Part shown: piece by piece, positions 37,530-51,221 of the stretch
Layout: each line of letters starts with the position of its first letter
How positions within the stretch are numbered: position 1 is the stretch's first letter
DNA from: Callorhinchus milii
Lineage: Eukaryota
DNA length: 64,000 nt
Direction: 5' to 3'
Assembly (NCBI RefSeq): GCF_018977255.1
Contig: NW_024704751.1
Location: forward strand, 15,872,001-15,936,000
Program-made: the position numbers and the translations under genes
Notes under the pieces: generated by a model
Database searches by the model: none
The model's input: only the letters and a program-made list of their open reading frames with translations
Told to the model about the DNA's origin: nothing

Positions 37530-40500
37530 ATGAGCAGCAAAGGCCCAGCTGTGGGCATCGACCTGGGGACCACCTACTCCTGCGTGGGCGTCTTCCAGCA
37601 TGGTAAAGTCGAGATCATTGCCAACGACCAAGGCAACAGGACCACCCCAAGCTACGTGGCCTTTACCGACACCGAGAGACTCATCGGGGATGCAGCCAAG
37701 AACCAAGTGGCCATGAATCCCCAGAACACCATCTTCGATGCCAAGAGGCTGATCGGCAGGAAGTACAATGATGCCACCGTCCAATCTGATATGAAATATT
37801 GGCCTTTCCAAGTGGTCAATGAGGGCACCAAGCCCAAAGTCCAGGTGCTGTACAAAGGGGAGAGCAAGACCTTCTACGCTGAGGAGATCTCCTCCATGGT
37901 CCTGATCAAAATGAAGGAGATCGCCGAGGCTTATCTGGGCAAATCCATTAACAACGCAGTCATCACAGTCCCAGCTTACTTCAACGATTCCCAACGTCAG
38001 GCCACCAAGGATGCTGGAGCCATCGCTGGGCTCAATGTGTTGAGGATCATCAACGAGCCAACAGCAGCCGCCATCGCTTACGGTCTGGATAAGAAGGTGG
38101 GTTTCCATTTGGTTAGAGCTTCTCTCTAGGGCTGGGGGCAAGATACAGTTTCCAATGCTCTCCTAACCTTCTAGTTAATCCAATTAATTATATTAATTTA
38201 TAATGAGATTTATTAGAACAGTAAGTTATAGCTCTGAGAATAAGTTATGTGCCTGGTCATGTACAGGGTGTCCCTACTTATAGGTTTATATGAGATGTTC
38301 ACACGACATGCCACGTAGACATTTCCACACATCAACTTAGTGGCATAACCTTTCACGAACGCAATGAAATGACAGACATCTCCTGTATTAGCTGCACGCT
38401 GTTTACTAATGTTGAAATAAAAGAAAAGAACATAATTAATAATAAAAATCTCTGTGAGTAAGGACTTCTGATTCAATACAATACAATGTAAAAATTTCCG
38501 TTGTATCGCACCTTTCACGTCCGGAGGGAGCACGTCCCAAGGTGCTGGACAGTCAGGGATTTGGAGCGGGTGGGGAGACGGGGTGGGGAGAAGGTGGAAG
38601 GTAGGAGGGTGGCCGAAGGCACAGTTGAAGGGGAGGCGAGCCTTTAGGGAGGCAAGGGAGGGTGCGAGGCGAAAGGAATGTGGGATCGAGTTCCAAAGGG
38701 TGGGGTCGGAGAGGTTGCAGGCCTGACCGCCGATGGTGGGGTGGCCCAGGAATCCCCCTGTATATTGCTCTTGAGCCACTGCTCCGACCTGACCATTCTT
38801 TGCTTCGCTGCTCGTTTGTTTAGGTGGGGGCTGAACGCAATGTCCTGATATTTGACCTGGGCGGTGGCACCTTTGACGTGTCCATCCTGACCATCGAGGA
38901 CGGCATCTTTGAGGTCAAGGCCACAGCCGGCGACACACATCTGGGCGGGGAAGACTTCGATAACCGCATGGTGAACCACTTCATCGACGAGTTCAAGCGC
39001 AAGAACAAGAAGGACATCGCCAGCAATAAGCGGGCCGTGCGTCGTCTCCGCACGGCCTGTGAGCGGGCAAAGCGCACCCTGTCTTCCAGCTCCCAGGCCA
39101 GCCTTGAGATCGACTCCCTCTTCGAGGGCATCGACTTCTACACGTCAATCACTCGGGCACGATTTGAGGAGCTCAACTCTGATCTCTTCCGAGGGACCCT
39201 GGAGCCGGTGGAGAAGGCGCTGAGAGATGCCAAGATGGACAAGGCCCAGATCCATGAAATCGTCCTGGTGGGAGGATCGACTCGAATTCCCAAGATCCAG
39301 AGGTTGCTGCAGGACCTCTTCAATGGCAAGGAGCTGAACAAGAGTATCAATCCCGATGAGGCTGTGGCTTATGGAGCAGCTGTGCAGGCAGCCATTCTGA
39401 CTGGGGACACCTCAAGCAATGTACAGGACCTGCTGCTTCTGGACGTGACGCCCTTGTCTTTGGGCATCGAGACCGCAGGAGGCGTCATGACCACCCTCAT
39501 CAAGAGGAACACCACCATCCCCACCAAACAGACCCAGATCTTCACCACCTACTCGGACAACCAGCCCGGAGTCCTGATCCAGGTGTTTGAGGGTGAGCGA
39601 GCCATGACCAAGGACAACAACCTGCTGGGCAAGTTTGAGCTGTCGGGGATCCCTCCGGCGCCCCGAGGCGTCCCTCAGATAGAGGTGACCTTCGACATCG
39701 ATGCCAACGGGATCCTCAATGTCTCGGCCGTGGACAAGAGCACTGGGAAGGAGAATAAGATCACCATCACCAACGACAAGGGCCGTCTGAGCAAGGAGGA
39801 GATTGAACGCATGGTGAATGAGGCCGACGAGTACAAAGCCGAGGATGAGATTCAGCGGAACCGGGTCGCTGCCAAGAACGCACTTGAGTCGTATGCTTAC
39901 AGCATGAAATCCACCATGGAAGATGATAACATGAAGGTAAGAGAGAGAGGATCGGACTAGACTAGACGAGGAGTCCGGTAGCTCACTGGTTAGAGCACTT
40001 GCCTCACAAGCGAGAGACCTGAGTTCAAAACCCGACAGGGCGAAACGTGGGGCAACTTTCCTCATTCCACATGCCTCTGTTTACCTAGCAGTAAGTAGGA
40101 ACCTGGTTGTTAGTTCCTTCCCAAAAAAATTGTTCACTCAATTCACAACTGTTTGTGGGACGTTGCTGTGCACAATTGTTTCGCCCATAAAATATACTGT
40201 CAGCTCACTTTACAGTATATTCTGTGAAGCGCTTTGGGACGTCTCAATGAAGCAATAAGGCGTTAAATCGAATGCAAGGTTTAGTATTGTTAACGGTACC
40301 ATGGTGATTTATAACAAGCATTTTCATTGTTCAAGCTCCACCTAGCGACAAAAACTGGAAATAGCACAAGACTCGGGAATCAGCCCTGATAAGGCTCTCA
40401 GTGTGAGTGAGGGCCAAGCTGAGGCGTGGTCAATCACACACCCTCCCTCACCTGCCTTAGCATCCCAGAGACACCTTCCATCATGGCCAGACCGAAAACG

Positions 40501-41855
40501 TATTCTAGAATAAGCGGCGTGAACAAGAGGCGGGGAAGGTTAACTGCCTTTGGCCCACAAAATATACAGGATTATTATATTGTTATAGACTGCACTGGAC
40601 TGGACTACAACAGCAACTTGGTTTATATAGTGCTCTTCACGCGGTGTAGTGCCCAAGAGCGCTTTAATAGACTATACTAGACTATAATGGACTGGATTGG
40701 ACTTTACTGAACTAGACTGGAGGCAGGCAACAAGTGTCTCCACATAGAGTTGCTGTGGTTATTGTTGACATCCTGCCTAAAGGGAATACACAGATCGGGA
40801 TACAACAATAATAGTCCTTCCATTTGATATAGCACCTTATCACATCTTCGAGACGTCTCAAAGAGCTTCACAGAATATACTGTAAAGTGTAGTGACTGTG
40901 TAGTTTGTGGACGAAATGTAGGTAAAGTCAATCCCATATCTAATATTTTATGGAAGCAGATGTTTCAAACATCAATAATTTGTTTTAGGGCTTGCAAGTG
41001 TATCACCACGAGGAGACTGTAATTTAGCACAGCTGTCATTTACACACCGTTTGAGGGGAACAAAAGGATTACATAACACATTAGGATCAATGTAATATGT
41101 AGAACAAGTTAATTAAGAATTAATGTGCTGCAGCGATGTGTAGTAATCTGTTCCAGTATGGATGACAGGGTTTATTTCACTAAAGGAATCCACTGAAGAT
41201 TAATCTGGGTATTGCGTTCTCCATGATTATCTGCGATGCTGTATGCTTTCTTCCCAATCTTGTTCATTTATGCCTTTGTGTAACTCAAGTATCTAGTAAA
41301 ATAATAATGTGTTCAGTAATGTTTCAAGCAGAGGTGTGAGGGTAGTTTTATTAATAATAATAGTAATAATTCGGTCACTCAATCCACGACAGTTTGTGAG
41401 ACACTGCTGTGCACAACTGGCTGCTGCGTTTCATAGTAAAATACAGTCAATTTACTTTGCAATATATTCTTTGAAGTGCGTTGACACATCTCAACAACGT
41501 GATAAGTCACTGTATCAAATGCAAGGATTACTCTTATTATTATTATGAAGTCCGTTGAGACACCAGGAGATGCTGCATTAAGTTGTTCCGCTTCTATCTT
41601 TTAAAGGGAAAAATCAGTGAGGACGACAAACAGAAGGTGCTGAGTAAAGTGAAGGAAGTGCTGGACTGGCTGGACAAGAACCAAATGGCTGAGAAGGAGG
41701 AGTACGAGTTTCAGCAGAAGGAGCTGGAGAAGCTGTGCAATCCCATCGTCGCCAGTCTGTACCAGAGCGGGGGAGCCCCTGGCCCAGGGGGGGTCCCTCC
41801 GGGGGCAGGGAACCCCACAGGAGCTGCTGGACCAACTATAGAGGAGGTGGACTAA
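37530..41855 (+). CDS. hsp70: Cytosolic heat shock 70 kDa protein (HSPA1/HSPA8 family), 642 aa, 3 coding exons
   Basis: Exons 37530-38096, 38824-39936 and 41607-41855; both introns are phase 0, GT-AG. Signatures [32 protein letters not shown] and C-terminal GPTIEEVD. The reading frame is intact. Confidence 0.97.
38495..38750 (-). mobile_element. L2 LINE 3' fragment in hsp70 intron 1
   Basis: The minus strand encodes [24 protein letters not shown] followed by the tail. Confidence 0.7.
39970..40290 (+). mobile_element. SINE in hsp70 intron 2
   Basis: tRNA head GGAGTCCGGTAGCTCACTGGTTAGAGCAC, internal segment, Deu core and tail. Confidence 0.85.
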
Positions 41856-43200
41856 GGAGCGAAGAACAGCAGAAATAAGCAAGTTTAGTAAAAAGAGCTT
41901 AATTCGCTTTATAGAGCTACGCAGAGTCTTCCTGTCGGCCAATTCATTTTAAGGTGCTTCAAAGTGTCGCGGGAGATAGTTATTCCTAAAACAAAGTAGT
42001 CGAAAGCAGGTAAGTGTAGCGCTTAGTATAGTAATGTCCAGTAATAGTAAACCTGGAGCAGGCTCCCTAGGGAGACGGTTGAAGCAGGAAATGTTGATTC
42101 CTTCAAACACAGACTAGATAGTTTTCTTTTAGGAAATAACATTATGGGATATAGGACATAGATAGTTCAGGACATATGTGCATGTGACTGCCGGGAAGAT
42201 GGAAGAAAAGAGACCTGTTTTTTGCCCAGCATTTCTTATGTTCTTATGCTTAGTTTCTTGTCCCTTTCACAGCAAGTGGCGGGCATCATGTAGACTCTCT
42301 CGAAAGATGTATTTTTCTAAGTGTTTCAAACAACCCAAAGAACACAAATCATTTGTTTTTTTTGTTGTTTGTGCATTGCGAGTAAGTGCGACGTCTGTCA
42401 GCGAGATTGAGAGTAGGAAACACCCAATCACCCACAACAACAACTTGCCTTTGTATAGCGCAGTCGATTCGGGGTCAGTAACTGCGGGCACAAATTGAAG
42501 ATAATTACACAGGAAATAAAGGGTGTGGGGTGGGGGGGGTATAGAAGAGCTGCCTTCACCCAGCGGGCGACGAGAATGTGAACTGTCTACCACATAGCAA
42601 AGGTGTGTGAGGGTCAGTGGGCAGGGAATTGGGAGTAGGTGTGCTCAGGTGGAGAAAACCACCAGCGCAGACCTGACGGGCCGAACAGCCTGTTTCTGTG
42701 CTGTAAAGCTCCTGTCATTCTGAAAGCTTGCTGGTAATGAGTTTTTTAGTGAAGGGAAGCCCTTTTTCTTCACATGTATTGGTGCGTTGATGTTCACTGA
42801 AGCCGTGAGTCAGTTTACACCGCGCTCTGCTGTGATGGCGAATTTAAAGACGTTTGGACATTTCTGAGGCCAGAAAATTCCACAATGTCTTAACCATCTG
42901 ACGATTTGGGCTCTGAAATTTAAGGTGGAGCAGAGTTGTGCAAAATATAACGATCTACAATTTTTTTATCACATTAAATATTAAGACATGAAGACGCACA
43001 GGATAAGATTGGGTAGCTTTCAGGTCTCTGTAATGTTACCTGCGACAGTGTTGAAGATGCTCAGCGTATTTTATACCAGATTACACGTAATTTGCATATT
43101 GCTTAATTGAAGAAAAATGGGATTCACAGGATCAATCTTTAATTCCTTCGTACTGGCGAATGCACTGATGTATTTAACCATGCTTGTTGTGTGAAGACAA

Positions 43201-43206
43201 AATAAA
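43201..43206 (+). terminator. Putative hsp70 polyadenylation signal
   Basis: AATAAA followed by a CA-rich then GT-rich tract, preceded by AU-rich sequence. A more proximal AATAAA lies at 42515. Confidence 0.4.
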
Positions 43207-46200
43207 GCATCTCAACACAAAACAAATCCTGCTCGACAATTGTTAACATTAAACTGTGTTCAGTCTGTCTCTTCCTGTCACACTGCATGCAGTTTCAGAG
43301 TCACCCACTGCTGAATGCCCCAGGGACCTGTGATTTCTTAATTACACCAACAACTTGTATTCATCTAGCGCAACTCACACAAGGTAGCAACCCAGAGCGA
43401 CGGACAATTGTGGAGCCCGATGCCAAGCGAACTGGGACTGAAAGGATTGCTCTTAAAAGACCTGGTGAAAACACGATGGGCTGAATCGCCTTGTGTGCTA
43501 TAAACCTTTGTGTTCTACAACAGACACCATTGATGCCACACTGAAGGTATAGTCAGGCAAGAAAGACCCTCCCCAAGATGCCTGCACCCCCGCCCACTGC
43601 CCCCTCGCCTTGCCATCCAGGGTGAGACCTGAATGAGACTTGGTGAGATTAACAGAGTTCACAGGTCAGTCGAGATTGAAGCTAAGGGGAACGGAGTGTT
43701 TCTGTACGACAATCTGCGACTCTCTAAGGATTATACCCCTCGTCTTACACACCTCATCACACCTAAACCCTTCATTTCCTGACACTGATCAAGTAAGTCG
43801 TTGCTGAACTCTGCCCTAGGCTGGGATATCCTTCCCCAGGTGTCAGACTAATTCAGCTGCACTTACTCTCGCCTCTGAGTCAGAACATTATTTGTTCCGT
43901 TGCCATGTTAGGACTTTAAGCTCACATTGCAGACCAGCAGGTGGGGATCTCTGTTCCACTTGTAAGTGCTGCCACTTTGTGGTGTCACTGGCTCACCTCA
44001 CTGCCAGGTTGTCATCTCACTCTCCAAACATTGCCAGTTGCCAATTAATAATAATTATAATAATCCGTGCATTTCTTACTGAAATTAACACAAGACTTGG
44101 GCAAGGACTGTATTTCACCTGAGCTGTTCGTGATGAGAAAGGCCATTTGATCTCTCCATTATTCCAGGACCCTCCCCATCATCTCGAGAGGAAAACACAC
44201 AGCTAAGTAACGCACAGCAAGATAACGAGAATAGCGATCTACCTGGAGGACTGTTGGCCAGGATTGATGCCCTGGTCTAGCCTGTGCATTCCAACGTTTT
44301 GCTTGGTAAACCTAGTAATCATTTCTGATTTCCAAATTGTTTTTCCTCCAGTAAAACAGCTTCTGTTCATAAAAATATTATTATTTGGTCACCCACCCCA
44401 CCCTCCCTGCCCACCACCTTTCCTGATCCCAACCTCCAGCTCAGGTCCAAATCCCTGTGCATCGCCTTGGGACATCCTCCCAACGTAAAAGGCGCTGTAT
44501 AAATATAATGTACTGCAATTGTTGCTCCTCCACAAATAGCAAAGTGTCCAGGTTTGGTGATGGGGGTGGGTGGGGGGTGGGGGAACGGTGAGGAGAGGGC
44601 GATAGCTGTACGGAGGAGCTGAGCGTGGAATGAAGTGGCTCTTTCAGTCATCTCTTTCAGTTCCAATCACAATAAATTGCTTGGGTAATGATGCTTTGTG
44701 GCATTGCCATGGTAACGTGAAGGCCAAGCTGCTACCTACCTTCAGAAGAAAAGTGTATTGATGTATTTCACAGTCGATTGTGGAGCATTCCTCTGCTCGC
44801 ACCTTAGCGTTCCAAAATCTGCCTCAAGTTGTGTACATTACAGCTGAACCGAAGTCTTGCCTGCCTGTACCCGTTCAGGTGGATATTAAAGATCTTGTGA
44901 TACTATTAGAAATAGAGAAGGGAGGTTCTCTCTCCTGGTGTCCTGGCCGACAATCCTCCAGAATTAAACTCACTCACTTTGTGGCTGTTTGTGGGTGGGA
45001 CGTGGTTGGCGTGTTTTCTTACAAATATACAGTCACTAAAAAAATTAGCAGGACGCTTTTGAGGTGTGATAATTCGTTTATATCAAATCCAAGGATTATG
45101 AAAATATTCTAGGAACCTTTCATGGCTGATCCCAAGTCTTGTGCTAATTCTAGCTTTTGTCGATAGGTGGAGCTTGAACAGTGAAAATGCTTTTCATAAA
45201 TCACTATGGTACCGTTAATAATAATAATACTTGCATTTGACACAGCGCCTTATCACATAGTAAAGACGTCTCAAAAACCTTACGGGACTTTCTGTGGAGT
45301 CGAGTGACTGTTTGCTTGTAGGAGTATATACTTAACTGCCCGAGAAGTTTTTACAGTATATGAAAACATCACAGATTTAAACATTTAGTTAATAAAATAT
45401 CATTGTGGATGCCCCACTGTTAGCAGGATGTAGCCAGTCTCTAGTCACCGTTGATTGACTTGAGTTAGTAACAACAATAATAATTCTTGCTTTTGACAAA
45501 AACACCTGTAATATCTTGAAGCATTTCACAGGTAACGTGTAGTGACTGCGTATTTGTAGGCAGATCGCACTGATCCAAATTGCCTTCTTTGTCTTGAACC
45601 TGGAAACATGACCAGCTTGGAACAGTGACCAGCTGAATCGCCTAAGGAGAGGGTAAGGCTGTCGCTTAATCCGTCAGATTTAAATCTATTTCTGTCTCAT
45701 ATTTAAATGCTGTGTTTCCCTCTCCCCCAGCCCCCCACCCCCCCGCCCACCCCACATGAGATTCACCCAGGTCAAGACAAAAATAATCACAAAAAGGAAG
45801 TTTGTGTGTGTTTTACAGTGACCTGTTCACACTGAGGATTCCTGCCATTCAGCCACCAAACCTGATCAAGTGACCAAACCATGTTCCCGTGTGTATGCAG
45901 CGTACTGGGTATTAACATGTGACATTAGCAACACGGATACACTGTGTTATTCACACCTGGAATTGGTTACCAACTTCCCCAGCTGGAGGAAGTGACTGGT
46001 TTACCTGGTACTGGTTTAAGTCACTTCACGTTAATTCACGGTTTATTTGATAAGCTTTATTAACAATAATAATAATCCTTGCATTTGATATAGTGCATTA
46101 TCACGTCATTGAGACGTCTCAAAGTGCTTTCCAGGGTATATTGTAAAGTGATGTGTCAGTGTATTTTGTGAACTTATAAATCAGAACACAGCAGCATTCC

Positions 46201-47004
46201 TGGCCCTTGTGTTAAACGGAGGGTTTCCTTTCTTTCTCTCAGTGCGTTTGGTGGGAGGGCAGGAGGGGGCGTGCGAGGGTGAGGTGGGGGATTGCTGGTA
46301 TCAGCCCTTAGGACTGGCCTATTTTAGCTTTCTTTTATATGACATCCAAAATAGAGATCCTTCCTGTAACAGGATGAATGTGTTCGCGATGTGAGAACAT
46401 TCCTCCCCAGTCAGTTGCAGACACTCTCACTTCCCCCAGCATTGTCTCAGGTGACAGAGATGCTGAAATGGGAACTCTTTTTGGGGGGTCAGCCGGGTGT
46501 CTGACACATGCGGAAACCCATCACCATGCTTAAGAGTATCCAAACCAAGCCGGGAATTCCATGCATCCCACCTGCACATGGAAATTCCAGAGATAGATTG
46601 TTGGAATGGAATTTGCGCTCTCTCCCTGGAGGCACGTATCCTGTTTACCTAATTCCGGAAAGTATTAGGTGCAGCCAGAGTGTGCGTTGGGGTAACCTCT
46701 AGAGTCTAACCAGCTAAAACTGCATAGCTTGCCATTGATAGCACTGTCTGGCAAGCTTTCCCACTGCTTGTCCAGCTAGGACTTCGCAATCTGTGAGGGC
46801 TTTGGCTTGCAGGGTTAATAGGAGTTGAGTGGGAGGATTCCCTAACCCCAGTGATGGGTCTGTCCTTCCAGATCCTGCCGATGAGTCAGGCTGGCTGTTC
46901 TGTCAATTTTTCCAAGATCTTGAATTCTGATCTGAAGTCTATAGCATCAAAACGCCTCAAAACGCTTCACTGATAAATGCTGTCAAGTATATACTGTGCA
47001 GTGA

Positions 47005-47345
47005 CCCTTCATTCTTTGGCATCTCCCTACCACTCCGACCTCCTCACTCTCCACTCCACCACCCGGTGCCTTCGCTCGACTAGCATCAGCCTCCTGCTCG
47101 TCCCTTGCACGCTCCACCCCACCATCAGAGGTCGTGCTTTAAACCACTGTGCCCGCTCTGGAACACTCTCGCTCAGTCCCTCCACCTTGCCTCCTTTCTC
47201 CTCTTTTCCAAGTCCTGCCCGAAAATCTTCCTCTTCGACCGTGCTTACCACCACCTCCCCACCCCAGGGTCAGGCTCTGCCACAGTGAAGCGCTCTGAGA
47301 TGCTACCCTGCGTGAAGGGTGCTATATAAGTCCAAATTGTTGTTG
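47005..47345 (+). mobile_element. L2 LINE 3' fragment
   Basis: Encodes HSLASPYHSDLL…RCLRS…LLVP…RGRALNH followed by the tail GTGAAGCGCTCTGAGATG…GCTATATAAGTCCAAATTGTTG. Confidence 0.7.
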
Positions 47346-47641
47346 CTGTATATGTAGCAGGGTCCAATGCTGTGTTGGTTATTGTGTTTGTGTCTGCGAA
47401 GTTGTATGTGATGGTCTGGACACCAGACGTGGGACAGATGACGTGAACGGTAACGTTCCAGTGTGGGGGTGGGTGGATGGCTGCAGCACATCTGGACCAT
47501 TGTTTGTGCCAGCATCTGGCCATGTGCATCCATCCATTTTCGAAGTAAATGCTGCTCCGTCTGCCACGCAGGGATTTTGGGATCAGGAAGAAACCATTCA
47601 GTCAACACGGCCCGATTCCCATAATTCACCTTTTTTTTAAA

Positions 47642-47830
47642 AATAATAATAATAATTCTCAGTTGATAAAGCGCTTTAATCACTTCGTTGAGACATCTCA
47701 AAGCGCTTCACAGAATAACCACAAAGTGAATTAACGGTGTATTTTGTGGGCGAAACGCGGCAGCCAATTGCGCACAGCAACGTCCCACAAACAGTCGTGG
47801 ATTGAGTGACCAAATTATTATTTTTTTTTC
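47642..47830 (-). mobile_element. SINE 3' half
   Basis: Deu core and tail. Confidence 0.8.
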
Positions 47831-49833
47831 CAAAGAGATTATTAGCCCTGCCAATCCTTTTTGGTTAAAAAAAAGAAAATTAAGCCCGCTTTCCCCTTCC
47901 TCCACACAAGGCAACCCTCGTGAGGGAAGCTGGGGAGCACCTTGGATGTGTTGAGAGTGCGGTGTGCGGTTTTCTGTGGGAATTTCGGAGCTGATCTTAT
48001 TATAGATGAGGTAATGCTCCCAATCTAATTAGCTGAGCTATCCCTTAGCAGCTGTCAGGGGGAAGCTGCTATCTCCGCTATCTGCTGAAAGCTTAGGTAT
48101 TGACAGCGGATGGTCAGAGTTTAACAGCTGCTGAGAATTTTCAATCCCTTATTCTGGGCTGAATCCGGACACAGAAAATATCTCGTTCCCATCTTTAATA
48201 TAATAATAATAATCCTTGCGTTTAATAGAGCGCCTTATCATATCGTTGAGACGTCTCAAAGCGCTTCAGGGGATATACTGTAAAGCGCTTCACAGGATAT
48301 TTACTGGGTGAAACGTCCGCAAAAGACATAGTTAATCCACTTGACGGTACATGCAGTTAATACTGGGTTGTGGCGGAATTGAGACCTCAGGGTGTTGATA
48401 TTACTGATGCCTTTTTCTCGGGCAGCGTTGACAACTGTCTAAATCAATTTATTATAGCGGTAGGGTATCATGCAGCCTCTTCCTTTAACTAAGATGCACC
48501 AATTAGGAATTCTTCAGCCGAAGCCGAAGATCAAATGTGAGGAATGACAGTGAGTTGAACACACAGCTCTCCACTCCATTGTTAAACACCCGTCACTTGC
48601 TTAATAGACTGCTGCGGTGCATAGGGCTAATGTGTAACTCAATCCAGGTCTCACCACGGAGACATTAAGCAGAATAATGATAAGAAAGTAGAAAATAAAA
48701 GGCGGACAATCTAGTGGCATTTTAATGAACATAAATGTGTGTTTGGCTATTTAAGGAGCAGCGGGGAGTGTGTACACGGTCATGCCACCCCAAGGGATTC
48801 CAGCGATCTGACTGCCTCCCAGCCTCTCACTCATGCAATCATTCTGCAGCTCTCTACTGTATATCACGGTGTATCCGTGTGTATATAGATATATGCAGAA
48901 TATATACTGTACACCGAGACTCTGAAATTCTCTGTCTCAATCCTCCACCTCTTCCCCTCTTTGACCATCTTCAGATCACACCTGAAGATCTTCCTCTTTG
49001 ACGTGCCTTTGGTCACCTCCCCCCGCTCTCTCCCCAGCTTGACGTCAGGCTCCACCATTGTTAACCACTCCAAGTGAAGGGCACTGTGTAAATTTGAGTT
49101 GTTCTTGTTGTCGTACCTCTCTGCATTGCTTTGTAGCACTCTGTAACAGGAATATGAGAACAACCTGGAATGGGAAACGTCATTCAACATCTCATGTCTG
49201 AGCTTGCACAGATCCTTCTTTATCCTACACTAGTTCATCCATGTGCTAATCAATCTCCATGTGTACGTGCTTGTGCAGAGGGAATTAAAGACACCTTTAT
49301 TATTGTAATTAACAACCAAGGAAAAGGATTTATTGGCTACGTCATTACCATAACGGACAGAGAGCAAGAGAAAGAGGTTTCAGTTTATTGCTTCCAACTA
49401 TTACAACAACAAATGACATTTGTATAGGGCCTTTCAGATCAGGAGAACATCCCAAGATACTGGACAGTGAGAGATTACTGCACTGAAACTTGGGGCATCT
49501 CCGACCATGGAGCGCTCTCTCTACCCCCTCTCTCCCAGTGGAGCGCTAATGTGCGGCCCGCATTACTCCATGCCAAACTGCCGTAACCGGAACCCAAAGA
49601 GAGAGAGATATGTGTGAGTACAACGAAGCAGATAATGTCCTCTCAGCAAACTCGGTTTGTGGTCATATCTGATAGATCAGGAAGTGCTTGGATGTGCACT
49701 GCTCGAGAATTACAACATTTTTCATAGCATGGTAGATCGTGCCAAATCTTAGCATGAATGTGCAACTTCCCTTTCGGAGGCTGTTTCACAAGCCGCAAGA
49801 GACCTAGAATCCACTCTACTGCACTTGTTTCAC

Positions 49834-50115
49834 TTCACAGGATAGATTGTAAAGTGAATTGAGTATCTTGTGAGCGAAACGCAGCAGCCAATTGCGCACA
49901 GTGGAGTCCCACAAACAGTCGTGGATCGAGTGACCAATTTTTTTCAGGGATTATTACTTCCCAGAAAGCGATCTGCCAATCGACTAACAACCGGGTTCCT
50001 ACTTTACTGCTGGGTAAACCAGAGGCATGTGGAATGAGGAGAATTCGTCCGGCCCAAGAATTGAACCCGGGTCCCCTCACTTGCGAGGCGAGCTCAGTAA
50101 TCACTCTGCTAAAGG
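49834..50115 (-). mobile_element. SINE, long subfamily, tail truncated
   Basis: Head, internal segment and Deu core. Confidence 0.8.
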
Positions 50116-51221
50116 AATATTCTATGAGTAGCTGCCAATCACAATGCTGCAGTCCCTTTAAGGGGCTTTTGATATTGTCGTGTGGTCCTGGTTTCCTTCC
50201 TGCCTGATATTAGCAGAGCCTTCCCGCCTTTGCCCACAGGATGTCGTTAATAAATAGTGATGCAAAATCCATGGGCAACGGCTGCTCTCTGCTCCACTCA
50301 GCGCGCAATAAAATCTCTAACGAACTTGCCTTTTTATCATGTCTTATCACGTCTGTTGGAATCAGAAACATGCTATAAAAATATTGTTTGGGTTCAGTTC
50401 CGAATGCTTATGTTTGCTAACCTATGGAATGACCGTTTTAACAATAAATTGGTTGTTTGATCAATGTTGTTTAATGTTATTCCATCCCACGCTAATCCGT
50501 ATTGAAATGATTTGTAGATACTGCAAAACTAATCAGAATCAGCAAAATTGTAGAGTTTATGTATTAGTAGTCGGTATAACTTTAGATAACTTGTTATGGA
50601 AAACTAATAAGTATGTGTGCCTTGGACAGGTAAATTGGTTCAGAAAAAATGTGTTTATTACAGATTTCGTATTAATTGTTGATGTAACGGTTCTGTATTG
50701 TTTTAATCTGAATCAGCTGATGGATATTGTACCCAAGGACAGTCCCAGCTTGTTCAAACCAGCCTATAAACAAGTATCAAGTGGGCAAGGACTTGTGAAG
50801 ACATGAAGACTCACGCAAAACATCCATCTTGGTGTTAAAAAGGGACAATGATAAAAGAGGTATAGCTGTGCTATACTTTGTTCAGTCAGAATTTGTCATC
50901 ATGGTGTTCAGACTCAGGTGCTGAGGCTAAGGACATCTTTCATTTCTCTCACTTTGTGACTCAAGACGCTTGTTCCAGCAATTTCAGTAATATCAAAAGA
51001 AAGTAAGAGAGAAGAAAAACAACGATACAGGAACACATCTGAAACACAACTGCTGGAGACGGGGACTTTTGATTCCTTAATTTGCTCCTTGCGATTATCA
51101 GTGTAACAGTTCCAGAGTCAACGCTGGTTCGAGTTTCCGAGAAGCGAGCGATCTTGAGATGTTCGCCTCCTGCTTATGAATCAATGAACATTGGTATTGT
51201 CATTCCAGTGACATTATAAAA

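Noticed and set aside
37521-40065. Antisense ORFs over hsp70 exons
   Set aside because: Long antisense ORFs are a known by-product of Hsp70 codon usage; there is no independent support.
38097-41606. U14 (SNORD14) snoRNAs expected if the gene were HSPA8
   Set aside because: I found no U14-like sequence by eye; the introns are filled with SINE and L2 fragments.
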